A stretch of DNA of 64,000 nucleotides from an uncultured Verrucomicrobiota bacterium. Lineage in GTDB: Bacteria; Verrucomicrobiota; Verrucomicrobiia; Verrucomicrobiales; V1-33. The translations under genes and the position numbers were made by a program. This document shows positions 27,104 through 36,007 of this stretch, one piece after another. The notes under the pieces were generated by a model that saw nothing but the letters and a program-made list of their open reading frames with translations, ran no database searches and was not told where the DNA came from. How positions within the stretch are numbered: position 1 is the stretch's first letter; the number at the start of each line of letters is the position of its first letter. Where the stretch lies: NCBI GenBank assembly GCA_942492905.1, contig OW818657.1, positions 4,096,022 through 4,160,021 of the forward strand, given 5' to 3'.

Positions 27104-28579
27104 CTAACTCAGCACCTCGCGGATGACGTGGCCCTCCACGTTCGTCAGGCGGCGCTGGATGCCGTTGTGCTCGAAAGTGAGCCGCTCGTGGTCAAGACCA
27201 AGCAGATGCAGGATGGTGGCATTGAAGTCGTAGAGCGGATGAATGTTCTCGATGGCGCGCTGTCCGAGTTCGTCGGTGACGCCGTGGCTCACCCCGGGCT
27301 TCACCCCGGCTCCGGTCATCCAGCACGTAAAACCGTCAGGGTTATGATCGCGGCCCTTGGCGCCTTTTTGGAAAAAGGGCATGCGGCCGAATTCGGTGCA
27401 CCAGACCACCAGGGTATCCTCCAGCAGGCCCCGCGCCTTCAGGTCGCGGATCAGGGCCGCGGCGGGTTGGTCGAGGATTTGAGCATGGACGTCATACTGC
27501 TCCTTCAGGGCGTTATGGCCGTCCCAGTTGAGCTGCCCACCGCTGGCGTAGGCACCATTGAACAGCTGCACAAAGCGGACGCCGCGTTCCACCAGACGCC
27601 GGGCGAGAATGCAGTTTTTCGCAAAAGCCGCCCTGTTCGGATTGGCCGCGTCGTCCGCCCCATAACTTTTCAGGATGTGGACAGGCTCGGTGCTGATATC
27701 GCTGATTTCAGGAACGCTGAGCTGCATCCGGGCGGCCAGTTCATAGCTGGCGATGCGGGCCGCGAGTTTGCCGTCGCCCGGATGCTGGTCCAGGTGGCGG
27801 GCATTCATTTGCTGCAGCAGTGACCGCGCGGCCTGATCGGCCTGCGGGGAGATGCCCGGCGCTGTGAGGTGGCGCACGGGGGATTTGGAACTCATGGTAG
27901 TGCCCTGAAAAGCCGCCGGCAGAAAGCCCGGACCCCAGTTGTTCATTCCATTCTGCGGCACCCCGCGCGGATCAGGGATCGCGACGTAGGATGGCAGTTC
28001 CTGACTCTCGCTGCCCAGGGCATAGGTGGCCCATGAGCCCAGGCTAGGAAAGCCATCGAGATTGAACCCGGTGGAGAGGAAGTTCTCGGCCGGGCCATGG
28101 GTGTTGCTCTTGCTGGTGAGGGAGTGGATGAAGGCGATATCGTCCGTCAGTTCCGCGAGATGCGGGATCAGATCGCTGACCCATTTGCCGGTTTTTCCCC
28201 GCTGCCGGAATCCGTATTGAGGCCGGGCAAGATTGCCTGCCGGGCCTTGGAAGGTCACCGCCGGGCCACCGGGCAACGGTTGGTTATCCCATTTGATCAG
28301 CTCCGGTTTGTAGTCCCAGGTTTCCAGCTGGCTGACAGCTCCGGCGCAAAAGATCACAATCACGTTTTTCGCTTTCGCCGGGAAATGCGGCTGCCTCGGC
28401 GCATACGGCCGGGCGGGATCAATCAGGGGCCCGGCCGGAGGGGCAGCGAGCAATCCATCAAGCCCGAGCAGATTTGTCAGGGCGATGGAACCGAGCGCGG
28501 TGGCGCTGCCGGACAGAAACTGGCGGCGGTCCAGCAGGGAGCGCCCGGCGGAAGTAATATATTCGGCCGGATGGTTCAT
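27104..28579 (-). CDS. DUF1501 domain protein (sulfatase-like fold, Tat signal)
   Basis: Start taken at ATG 28579 (MNHPAEY...), which forms an ATGA overlap with the upstream gene's stop. [17 protein letters not shown] is a twin-arginine signal. The C-terminal [10 protein letters not shown]...[10 protein letters not shown] matches DUF1501. Confidence 0.85.
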   Translation of the reverse strand: MNHPAEYITSAGRSLLDRRQFLSGSATALGSIALTNLLGLDGLLAAPPAGPLIDPARPYAPRQPHFPAKAKNVIVIFCAGAVSQLETWDYKPELIKWDNQPLPGGPAVTFQGPAGNLARPQYGFRQRGKTGKWVSDLIPHLAELTDDIAFIHSLTSKSNTHGPAENFLSTGFNLDGFPSLGSWATYALGSESQELPSYVAIPDPRGVPQNGMNNWGPGFLPAAFQGTTMSSKSPVRHLTAPGISPQADQAARSLLQQMNARHLDQHPGDGKLAARIASYELAARMQLSVPEISDISTEPVHILKSYGADDAANPNRAAFAKNCILARRLVERGVRFVQLFNGAYASGGQLNWDGHNALKEQYDVHAQILDQPAAALIRDLKARGLLEDTLVVWCTEFGRMPFFQKGAKGRDHNPDGFTCWMTGAGVKPGVSHGVTDELGQRAIENIHPLYDFNATILHLLGLDHERLTFEHNGIQRRLTNVEGHVIREVLS

Positions 28580-31500
28580 GGCAGAAAGAGGAATTCGTTC
28601 GAGTTGAAGAGGGCGCGGCACAGCGTGGCCAGTCCGTGTTCGATAACCACTGGTCCGGCGGCCCTGAGTTCATCGGCAGCAGGCCCGCGGTTCAGGACCA
28701 GTTGATAGGCGCGTTGTATTTGCGCCGCAGGCTCATCACCGGTTTCCCGGATCACGCGGGCGGCCAACGCGGCGGCGGCCTCCAGGGTGAAGCGGCTGTT
28801 GAAGAGGTTCAATGCTTGAATCGGGGTCGTGGATTCCCGGCGGCTGGCGGTGCTCTGACCGGCATCCGGGCAATCAAAGGCTCCAAAAACGGCTTCTGAT
28901 TCGCGGCGGACTTTGTGGGCGTAGATCATGCGCCGCAGGCCGTCGCCGGTGAAGGATTCCACGGGGTTGAATCCGCTCAGACCGCCGCGCTGGTCGAACA
29001 GGTTGAATCCCCGGCCATACATTTTCAAATCCAACTGCCCGCTGACAAAGAGGATGGCATCGCGGATGGATTCAGCCTCAAGCCGGCGCGGGGGAAAGCG
29101 CCACAGCAGGCGGGCATCCGCATCCTGGGCGGAGGCGGCCGGATTGGTCCCGGAGCCCTGACGGTAGGTGGCACTGAGCACCATGAGCCGGTGCAGGTGT
29201 TTCACCGACCAGCCGCTGCGGATGAATTCCTGCGCGAGCCAATCAAGCAGTTCCGGATGGGTCGGTTTGATGCCATTCAGGCCAAAGTCGCTGGCCGTCT
29301 GCACGAGGCCGGTGCCGAAATGTCCCTGCCAGATGCGGTTCACCATGACGCGGGCGGTCAGCGGATTTTGGGGGCTGGCGATCCATCCGGCCAGGGCTTG
29401 GCGGCGTGATCGTTCGGGCGCATCGTTTGCCAGGATTACCGCCCCCAGAGCGCCGGGCACGGCAGGTCCGACTTCGTCCCGGGGCTGTTCGGGGTCACCG
29501 CGGCTGAGCAGGCGGATCTTGTCAGGCTCACGGAATTTTCCGGCGAAAGCCAGTTGGCCGTTCTGCATGGCCTTGATCTGCTGCTCCAGCACTTGTTTTT
29601 CATCCATCAGGCGCGAGGCTACGGCGGCCTCCTCCGGGGACAGCCCCGCCAGGGTAAAGGACGCACCCACTTTCGCGCCTGCCACGAAAGGCTGGCGGTC
29701 GGTGGCATCGGCCACCAACTGCCAGGTTCCGTCTCTCCCGGCGATTTCGATGCGGTAATCCGTGGCCAAACGGTCCTGAAATTTCTCCTCACGGTCGCGG
29801 CCCCACACGACGCGGCTGATTTCCGCTTCGTGGGGAAACTCCAGCAGTACCCAGCCTTTCCCCGCTTCGTGGGACATCCAGCTCCGGGCATTGCCATAGC
29901 TGCCGTCGTTGACAAATCGCTGCTCATGCCGGTCCGCCACAGTGGTGTTGCCGGACGTGGTGACGCTGGATTCCCGGGCGATATTTTTTCCGTCGGAGGT
30001 GAAGACCTCCAGTTCATCCAGGCAGGGTTCGAGGTTGTTGGTGGCGAGAATGGTGAAGCGCAGCCGTTTGGTTTTCACGGCGGAAAAGCGGTCGGTATTG
30101 ACCTGCGCATTCACCGCGGGACGCTGCGGCAACCGCTGGACCAGCGTCTGCCATTGGTCAGGCTCCCGCGCAGCTTCGAGGGTAAAGGCCGTGGCGAGGC
30201 GGTCGTCGAATTTCCCCTCACGGTCACGGCCCCACACGATGTTGGCAATTCGGGCCGGCGCGGGAAGTTCGAACATTACCCAGCCGCGGCCGGCAGTATC
30301 GGACATCCAGCTGCGCGCGTTGCCGTAGTGGCCATCGTGGAGGTGTTCCAGCCGATGGCTGCCGGAAGTGCGGCTGCCGGAGGCGGAAACCCTGGTGCCG
30401 TGCGATGCCAGGGCCACGTTGTGCGGCGGCGTTCCGTCGGTGAAGATTTCGAATTCATCCACGCATGGTTCGATCAGGCCCAGGGTCGGATGCCGGTTGG
30501 TATCGTGGATGGTGAAGCGCACATACCGGACCTCCAGGGGCGGAAAGAATTCGGTGTTCAGCCTGGCATCTGTGACAGGATGAATCGCCTCCGAAGGATG
30601 GGCCAGCGGCACAAAAAGAGCCAGTTGACGGTCGATCTCAGCGACGCGTTGACGCTTCCCTTCCGCCTCAGCCTTCAGGGCCAGAGCCTCTGGAGTGCGC
30701 ATCTCGCGGTCTTCATATTCCACCCCGGCGAGGAAGGCCTGCATGGCATAATAATCCTTGGCGGTAATGGGATCGAATTTGTGATCATGGCACCTCGCAC
30801 AACCGACACTGAGACCGAGAAATGTCTGGCTGACATTCACCACCATTTCATCAAGCGAATCCTGACGGGCGAGGCGTTTGGACGGCTCGTCCGCCCCGAT
30901 TTGTCCTGGCAGGAGCACGGAAGCCGTGATCAAAAATCCTGTCGCCGCGTCTTCACCCAGGGCATCGCCCACAATCTGCTCGCGGATGAACCGGTCGTAG
31001 GGCGTGTCCTGGTTGAACGACCGGATCACATAATCGCGGTAGGGCCATGCATTGGGGCGCTCGGTATTGACTTCGAAGCCATGGGTGTCGGCATAACGCA
31101 CCACATCCAGCCAATGCTGCGCCCAGCGTTCTCCATAACGAGGGGAAGCGAGCAGGCGGTCCACCACTTGTTCGGGGGAATCCGGGACAAACCGGGCCAG
31201 TTCCTCCGGCGTGGGCGGCAGGCCGGTGAGGTCGAGCGTCACCCGGCGCAGCCACGTCAGCGGATCGGCGGCCGGCGACATCGTGAGGCCGTTTTCGTGC
31301 AGCCTGGCGGTGATGAAGGAATCAATGGAAGATTCCCCCGCGGCCACCGCAAGGGGCTGGAACGCCCAGTGGGCGCGCGGGTCGGCCAGCTTCACCTTGT
31401 CCACCCCGTCCGGCCAGAGCGCGCCTTCCCCGATCCAGTGTGTCAGGATCGCCACCTCAGCGGCGTCGAGCCGTGGTCCCTTGGGCGGCATCTGCTCATG

Positions 31501-31767
31501 GGGGTCAGCACTGGTCACGAAACGGAGCAGCGGACTCTCCTCTGGTTTTCCCGGCACCATCGGGGCCCCATGTTCATCGCCTCCTTTGAAGGCCGCGGCT
31601 TTCACATCCAGCCGCAGTCCTGACTTCTGCTTTTTCTCCCCGTGGCAATCCGTGCAGTGTTTCTCAAAAACAGGCCTCACGTCGCGGACGAAGTCCACCG
31701 GCGCCGCACGGAGTGCCGGCGCAACACCTCCGGCATAACAAAACAGGATGAATAAAATCTGACGCAC
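28576..31767 (-). CDS. PSCyt1 (CxxCH) / DUF1549 / two F5/8 type C (discoidin)-like domains / DUF1553 protein
   Basis: - N-terminus: [21 protein letters not shown] (planctomycete cytochrome c motif).
- DUF1549: [18 protein letters not shown].
- Two paralogous discoidin-like blocks: [12 protein letters not shown]...[20 protein letters not shown] and [12 protein letters not shown]...[20 protein letters not shown].
- DUF1553/PSD1-like C-terminus: [13 protein letters not shown]...[10 protein letters not shown]. Confidence 0.85.
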   Translation of the reverse strand: MRQILFILFCYAGGVAPALRAAPVDFVRDVRPVFEKHCTDCHGEKKQKSGLRLDVKAAAFKGGDEHGAPMVPGKPEESPLLRFVTSADPHEQMPPKGPRLDAAEVAILTHWIGEGALWPDGVDKVKLADPRAHWAFQPLAVAAGESSIDSFITARLHENGLTMSPAADPLTWLRRVTLDLTGLPPTPEELARFVPDSPEQVVDRLLASPRYGERWAQHWLDVVRYADTHGFEVNTERPNAWPYRDYVIRSFNQDTPYDRFIREQIVGDALGEDAATGFLITASVLLPGQIGADEPSKRLARQDSLDEMVVNVSQTFLGLSVGCARCHDHKFDPITAKDYYAMQAFLAGVEYEDREMRTPEALALKAEAEGKRQRVAEIDRQLALFVPLAHPSEAIHPVTDARLNTEFFPPLEVRYVRFTIHDTNRHPTLGLIEPCVDEFEIFTDGTPPHNVALASHGTRVSASGSRTSGSHRLEHLHDGHYGNARSWMSDTAGRGWVMFELPAPARIANIVWGRDREGKFDDRLATAFTLEAAREPDQWQTLVQRLPQRPAVNAQVNTDRFSAVKTKRLRFTILATNNLEPCLDELEVFTSDGKNIARESSVTTSGNTTVADRHEQRFVNDGSYGNARSWMSHEAGKGWVLLEFPHEAEISRVVWGRDREEKFQDRLATDYRIEIAGRDGTWQLVADATDRQPFVAGAKVGASFTLAGLSPEEAAVASRLMDEKQVLEQQIKAMQNGQLAFAGKFREPDKIRLLSRGDPEQPRDEVGPAVPGALGAVILANDAPERSRRQALAGWIASPQNPLTARVMVNRIWQGHFGTGLVQTASDFGLNGIKPTHPELLDWLAQEFIRSGWSVKHLHRLMVLSATYRQGSGTNPAASAQDADARLLWRFPPRRLEAESIRDAILFVSGQLDLKMYGRGFNLFDQRGGLSGFNPVESFTGDGLRRMIYAHKVRRESEAVFGAFDCPDAGQSTASRRESTTPIQALNLFNSRFTLEAAAALAARVIRETGDEPAAQIQRAYQLVLNRGPAADELRAAGPVVIEHGLATLCRALFNSNEFLFLP

Positions 31768-31824
31768 CGGTGTGATGGGAAAGGATCTCCCGCTTCCAAG
31801 AACGCGCCGCTTTCCCTGTCTTTC

Positions 31825-32265
31825 TCAGGAAGGCAGATCATCCTGCGCCCGCACCCGGGGCGGAAGAATCGCGCAGGCGCCCTTGCAGCCAAAAAGCCGG
31901 CTGAGCAGCAGGCGGTTCCGGCTGATCCATTGATACACCACTTCGGCCACCTGGATCACCCCCGGAATCCACAACACGAGGGCCACCGGCACCAGCAAGG
32001 GCAGCCGCATCCCGACAAACCGGATGCAGCGCGCGCCCCGGTGAATGCGCCCATCCTTGGCGATACAATGAATCGCTTCCTGCAAATCCTGCCGTGACAG
32101 GTGGGGCGCGAGCCGGGCTGCCGATTCATGGGATAATGGGATCAGGCTCAGCGTCCCGAACCAGTCCAGCCACGTCAGCACCCGCATCTGAAACGTGCAG
32201 AGCGGGCACTCGTCGTCATAGAGCACAATGTGACGGGGTGGAGCGGCGGAAGCTTCTGGAATCAT
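31825..32265 (-). CDS. Thiol-disulfide oxidoreductase DCC family (DUF393) protein
   Basis: IVLYDDECPLCTFQMRVLTWLDW is the CxxC motif of the DCC family. I prefer the ATG at 32265 (MIPEASAAPPRH...); the ORF-track start at 32331 remains possible. Confidence 0.75.
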   Translation of the reverse strand: MIPEASAAPPRHIVLYDDECPLCTFQMRVLTWLDWFGTLSLIPLSHESAARLAPHLSRQDLQEAIHCIAKDGRIHRGARCIRFVGMRLPLLVPVALVLWIPGVIQVAEVVYQWISRNRLLLSRLFGCKGACAILPPRVRAQDDLPS

Positions 32266-32600
32266 GTCGGAAGTTGCCCCGCTATTCCAAAGCGAACAGG
32301 GGAAATTTCGGGACCGCATTCTGGAAAACATTTCCGAAGCAGCTCAGCGCAAGGCCCTGCCCTCCCCGCGCTGCGCCGCCAATTCGGCCAGATGCCAGGC
32401 GATTTTTTCGGCATGGGTGCGCAGACCACGGGTAGCCTCTTTGATCCGCCGCCGTTCCGCCTCGCGGCTGGCCGCGGCGGGGGAACTGGAAAGCCTGAGA
32501 CGGGAGGAAAGATTATTGATGAGCATATGCGGATGATTCGAATCGGGTGGATCAGGGACCGGTCCGCCACGATAGTGAGGCGTTGTGACTGGTGAATAAA

Positions 32601-33332
32601 TCAGGCACGGCGGCGGCGGAGCAGTCCCAGCACGCCCATGGCGGCGAGACCGCAGGCACCCGGTTCCGGCACGGCCTGGAAGGTATCCCCCTGAAAGCCG
32701 GTGGCGGACCAGAAGGTGTCTACGGTAATTTTGTCGAAGGAGTTGTGACTTTGACCCACCGCAGGACTGGTCAGGGTAAAACTGTGGCTGGTGGCGGCAC
32801 TGTCAGGGATCTCCCACACGGCGACAAACAACGCGTTGGTATTGCTGCTGTTGGCTCCCACGGTCACCACCGGCGCCACTCCCGCGATGGAACTGAAAGT
32901 GAGTTCCGTGCCAAAACTGCCGCCGAAGCCGGAGGCGGAAATCCCCTGCGCGATAATGGTGGTGAACCCGGCCGCGAGGGCTCCCGCCACCGGGACGGTG
33001 ATCGTTTCGTTGGTTTGTCCGGTGCCGGAATAATAATTGCCGCTGCCGGTGATGTGATCCTGACCGTTATTCGTCACGATCCAGGCCCCGGAGACGGCGG
33101 AGCCCGGCAGGTCCGGAGTGGAATCGTTGATCGGGGAGGTGAAGTCCGGGGCATTGGGAGGATTGCCGGAAAAGGAATCCCATCCCGCGAAGCTGCTATT
33201 AGCTCCGCCCCGCCCGGTGGGAGTGATCAGGCCGGCCCCCGCAGAAAGGACAAAATTGGCGGCGGACGCGGAAGCGGTGGCAGCCAGCAGGGCCGCGAGA
33301 AGAAGGGAGGATGATTTCAATTTTGGTTTCAT
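32601..33332 (-). CDS. PEP-CTERM-anchored secreted protein (243 aa)
   Basis: Start at ATG 33332 (MKPKLKSSSLLLAALLAATASASA signal peptide). The C-terminus VPEPGACGLAAMGVLGLLRRRRA is PEP-CTERM. The ORF-track N-terminal extension to 33482 is rejected. Confidence 0.8.
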   Translation of the reverse strand: MKPKLKSSSLLLAALLAATASASAANFVLSAGAGLITPTGRGGANSSFAGWDSFSGNPPNAPDFTSPINDSTPDLPGSAVSGAWIVTNNGQDHITGSGNYYSGTGQTNETITVPVAGALAAGFTTIIAQGISASGFGGSFGTELTFSSIAGVAPVVTVGANSSNTNALFVAVWEIPDSAATSHSFTLTSPAVGQSHNSFDKITVDTFWSATGFQGDTFQAVPEPGACGLAAMGVLGLLRRRRA

Positions 33333-33547
33333 ATTGGATTGTCCAGGAGGAGAAGCAGCCAAGCGTGTGGGAATGACCGGAATGCCACCATAGCGGAACG
33401 GGCCGGTCCAATGCTGTGCCTGCAGTGCCGGAGTTTGGCCCGTGTTTGCGGGCGCCGGGAGGAAACCGCAAGCCACCACCAATCCGGAGCAACGGAGGAG
33501 CAGTAGCCCCGTTTTACCCTATCCGCCGGTCCCCGGCACATCTTTGC

Positions 33548-34474
33548 CTAACCCTGCTTCTCCACATGACTGCTCCATCGCGAGGGAGCGACGCCTTTTT
33601 CCTCGAGGAAGGCGCGGGAGAAGTGGCTCAGACTTTGATAGCCGACCTCCACGGCGGCTTCGCTGACATTGCAGCGGCCGGTGGCGATGAGATGGGCGGC
33701 GCGCTCAATGCGCTGACGGCGCAGCCATGCCGTCAGGGTGATGCCCTCCACCTGGGTGAAGGTGCGGGACAGGTGGTGGGGATTCACGCCGGCCAGCAGG
33801 GCGAGGGCCTCCAGCGGCGGAGGTTCATCCAGCGCAGCGAGGAGGGCGGCTTTGACTTTTGCCACGCGTTCCATGGCCAGCCATTTGGTGCGGGTGCAAA
33901 AAAGTTCTCGCCCAGCGGGGGGCGGAGTGAAGACTTTCTGCAGCAGAAAATCGGTCATTTTCGCTGTGGTCAGCAGCGTGCGGGCCGCCTCACAGAGGTG
34001 GGGCGCCAGCAGCCCCTGCGCCCACACTTTGTCCACGGGTTCCAGCGGCCGGGAGACCAGCGGAATCATTGGCACCGGCCCCAACAGCACCACCCGGAAA
34101 TCCGAAGGCAAATCCGGCCGCATCGTAGCCAGATTTTCCTTCAGCCAAGCCTCCGGAAAATGCAGGACAAGACATTCGTGCTCCGTGCCGGGATGACGCC
34201 CGGCATAAGCCAACCCCCGGCCCGAGGCGGGCCGCAGGCAACACATGGACCCCGGCCGCAGGGCCCGCCGGGTGCCGTCCTTCCATGTCAAAGAGGCTTC
34301 ACCGGTGAAATTGAGCAGCCAAATCACCCCGGTTTGAGGAAGCGCCCAGTCCGGCTGTCCCTCCGGCCCCGTACGCAACCAGCTGAAATACAACGATTCC
34401 AGAGAGTGGGAGAAAGAAGGGGACGGAGGAGACAAAATAGGCAACGGAATGAGAATGGTTCTCAGTATCGGCAT
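33548..34474 (-). CDS. AraC/XylS-family transcriptional regulator
   Basis: C-terminal double HTH: LALLAGVNPHHLSRTFTQVEGITLTAWLRRQRIERAAHLIATGRCNVSEAAVEVGYQSLSHFSRAFLEEKG. Start is uncertain (ATG 34474 or GTG 34555). Divergent from the 34622 operon. Confidence 0.85.
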   Translation of the reverse strand: MPILRTILIPLPILSPPSPSFSHSLESLYFSWLRTGPEGQPDWALPQTGVIWLLNFTGEASLTWKDGTRRALRPGSMCCLRPASGRGLAYAGRHPGTEHECLVLHFPEAWLKENLATMRPDLPSDFRVVLLGPVPMIPLVSRPLEPVDKVWAQGLLAPHLCEAARTLLTTAKMTDFLLQKVFTPPPAGRELFCTRTKWLAMERVAKVKAALLAALDEPPPLEALALLAGVNPHHLSRTFTQVEGITLTAWLRRQRIERAAHLIATGRCNVSEAAVEVGYQSLSHFSRAFLEEKGVAPSRWSSHVEKQG

Positions 34475-34621
34475 TTTCCCTTGAAAGCAAATGCGCACAT
34501 CCCCCTCCGCTTGCGCAAAATTGGCGGGGAAATGCGTTCCCCGGCCCTGCGGCACATCATGAGGCCAATACCCGGCACCCCACCGGCAGCAGAACGGCCC
34601 GGCGGCGGCTTAAGGTGCCGG

Positions 34622-36007
34622 ATGATTTTCCCCCGTTCCCTCTGGCCGCTCTGCTGCGGCTTGGCCAGCCTTTGCCTGCCGGGTCAGGCCGCCGCCCAGG
34701 CAATCGGCAATTTTGTGATTCCGGCACAGCGGGCCGGTGAAGGCACGCGTTTCAGCTATTGGGACCGCTTCGCCCTGCCCGCAGGCACCACGGCCAGCTA
34801 CTTTTTTGATCATTTCCCCAACCTCCTCAACCTGGGCGACGACGCCGATCCTCCCAATCCCTCCAATTGGAATACCAACGCCAGGCTCCAGCAGATCCTG
34901 ACGCCCCAGTGCTTCGTCACCAGTTCCGGGGCGTTGTATTCCTTTTCGGCCGCCACCGGATTTGAGATCCGCTATACCCACTCCGGAACCGATCCGGTGG
35001 CTGGGGCTGTATTCCAAATCCGCTACGCCGGATCCGCTCCGGAGACCGCATCGGTCCGGCTGCGCTATCAACCTGCCGGGGGCGGCGCTCCGGTGCTGCT
35101 GACTCCGGACTTCCGCGCGCTCGACGATCCCGGCACCGCGGGTTTTGCCGAACAGGTGATGCGCGGTTACGAGTGGGATCTGACCGGCCTGGGAGTCACC
35201 GATTATGTGATCCAGTTCTCTTCCGTCAGTTCATCCATGGCCTTTTACCAGGCGCAGTTGGATACCGCCCTTGGCATGACATTCCAACAGGCACTGGGAC
35301 ACTTGCTGAGCACCCGCCCGGCTCCGGGGCTGCGTTTCGGCAGCGCCGGCCGCGTGGAGGTGGAGGCTATGGAAAAGCGCTTTTTCACAGCGGGTCAGGA
35401 AGTGCCCCTGACCGCCACCGCCAGCACGGGATTCAACCACGTGGGATGGATTCGTCCTGACGGAACCCTGGTGGATTCCAGCGATGGATTGACCGTGACT
35501 TTCGCCACGCCCAATCCTGCTGATCTCGCGGTGGCGGCCATCTTCTCTCCGGCGTCCTGGCAAACCTTCCGCACCCATTGGTTCAACCACGCCAACAGCC
35601 TGACCGGGACGGCCGATGACTATCTCAACGACGCCATCAGCGGCCCTGCCGCCGACCCTGAAGGTGATGGCGCCAACAATTTCCACGAGTATGCCTTTGG
35701 CGGAAACCCTGGCCTGCCGGATGCCGCGCGACTGGCCCCGCAGGCGGTGACCCTCACCGAATCCGGGAACCGCTTTGCCGGGCTGACTTTCCGCCGGCGA
35801 GCCGGCGAAGGCGAGCTTTCCTACCAGGTGGAAATGAGTTCCGACCTTGCCTCATGGCAAGGCGGCACGGAAACAGAACCTGTCGTGTCCCAGACTGATG
35901 GGCCACTGGAAAGCGATGGCACCCGCACTGTCACCGCCCGCATGCTGACTCCGCTCACCCATTCCCCGGTTTTTCTGCGGGTCAAAGCCCTGCCCGCGAC
36001 TCCATGA
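34622..36007 (+). CDS. Secreted hypothetical protein (461 aa) with bacterial-repeat-like segment and a C-terminal module shared with other secreted proteins in this window
   Basis: ATG 34622 gives MIFPRSLWPLCCGLASLCLPGQAAAQA (signal peptide). GFNHVGWIRPDGTLVDSSDGLTVTF resembles a Listeria-Bacteroides-type repeat. DPEGDGANNFHEYAFGGNP, then SSDLASW...PVFLRVKA at the C-terminus. The ORF-track entry 33416..36007 is over-extended and lies antisense to the AraC gene. Confidence 0.75.
   Translation: MIFPRSLWPLCCGLASLCLPGQAAAQAIGNFVIPAQRAGEGTRFSYWDRFALPAGTTASYFFDHFPNLLNLGDDADPPNPSNWNTNARLQQILTPQCFVTSSGALYSFSAATGFEIRYTHSGTDPVAGAVFQIRYAGSAPETASVRLRYQPAGGGAPVLLTPDFRALDDPGTAGFAEQVMRGYEWDLTGLGVTDYVIQFSSVSSSMAFYQAQLDTALGMTFQQALGHLLSTRPAPGLRFGSAGRVEVEAMEKRFFTAGQEVPLTATASTGFNHVGWIRPDGTLVDSSDGLTVTFATPNPADLAVAAIFSPASWQTFRTHWFNHANSLTGTADDYLNDAISGPAADPEGDGANNFHEYAFGGNPGLPDAARLAPQAVTLTESGNRFAGLTFRRRAGEGELSYQVEMSSDLASWQGGTETEPVVSQTDGPLESDGTRTVTARMLTPLTHSPVFLRVKALPATP

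Noticed and set aside
28580-28621. Longer start for the DUF1501 gene, and likewise 58621..58650 for the kinase
   Set aside because: In both cases an internal ATG forms an ATGA overlap with the upstream gene's stop, which is classic translational coupling. The extra residues add nothing recognisable.
33416-34621. 5' part of the ORF-track entry 33416..36007 (863 aa)
   Set aside because: This part is antisense to the well-supported AraC gene and translates to Arg/Gly/Pro-rich sequence. A signal-peptide-bearing ATG at 34622 gives a sensible 461-aa protein.
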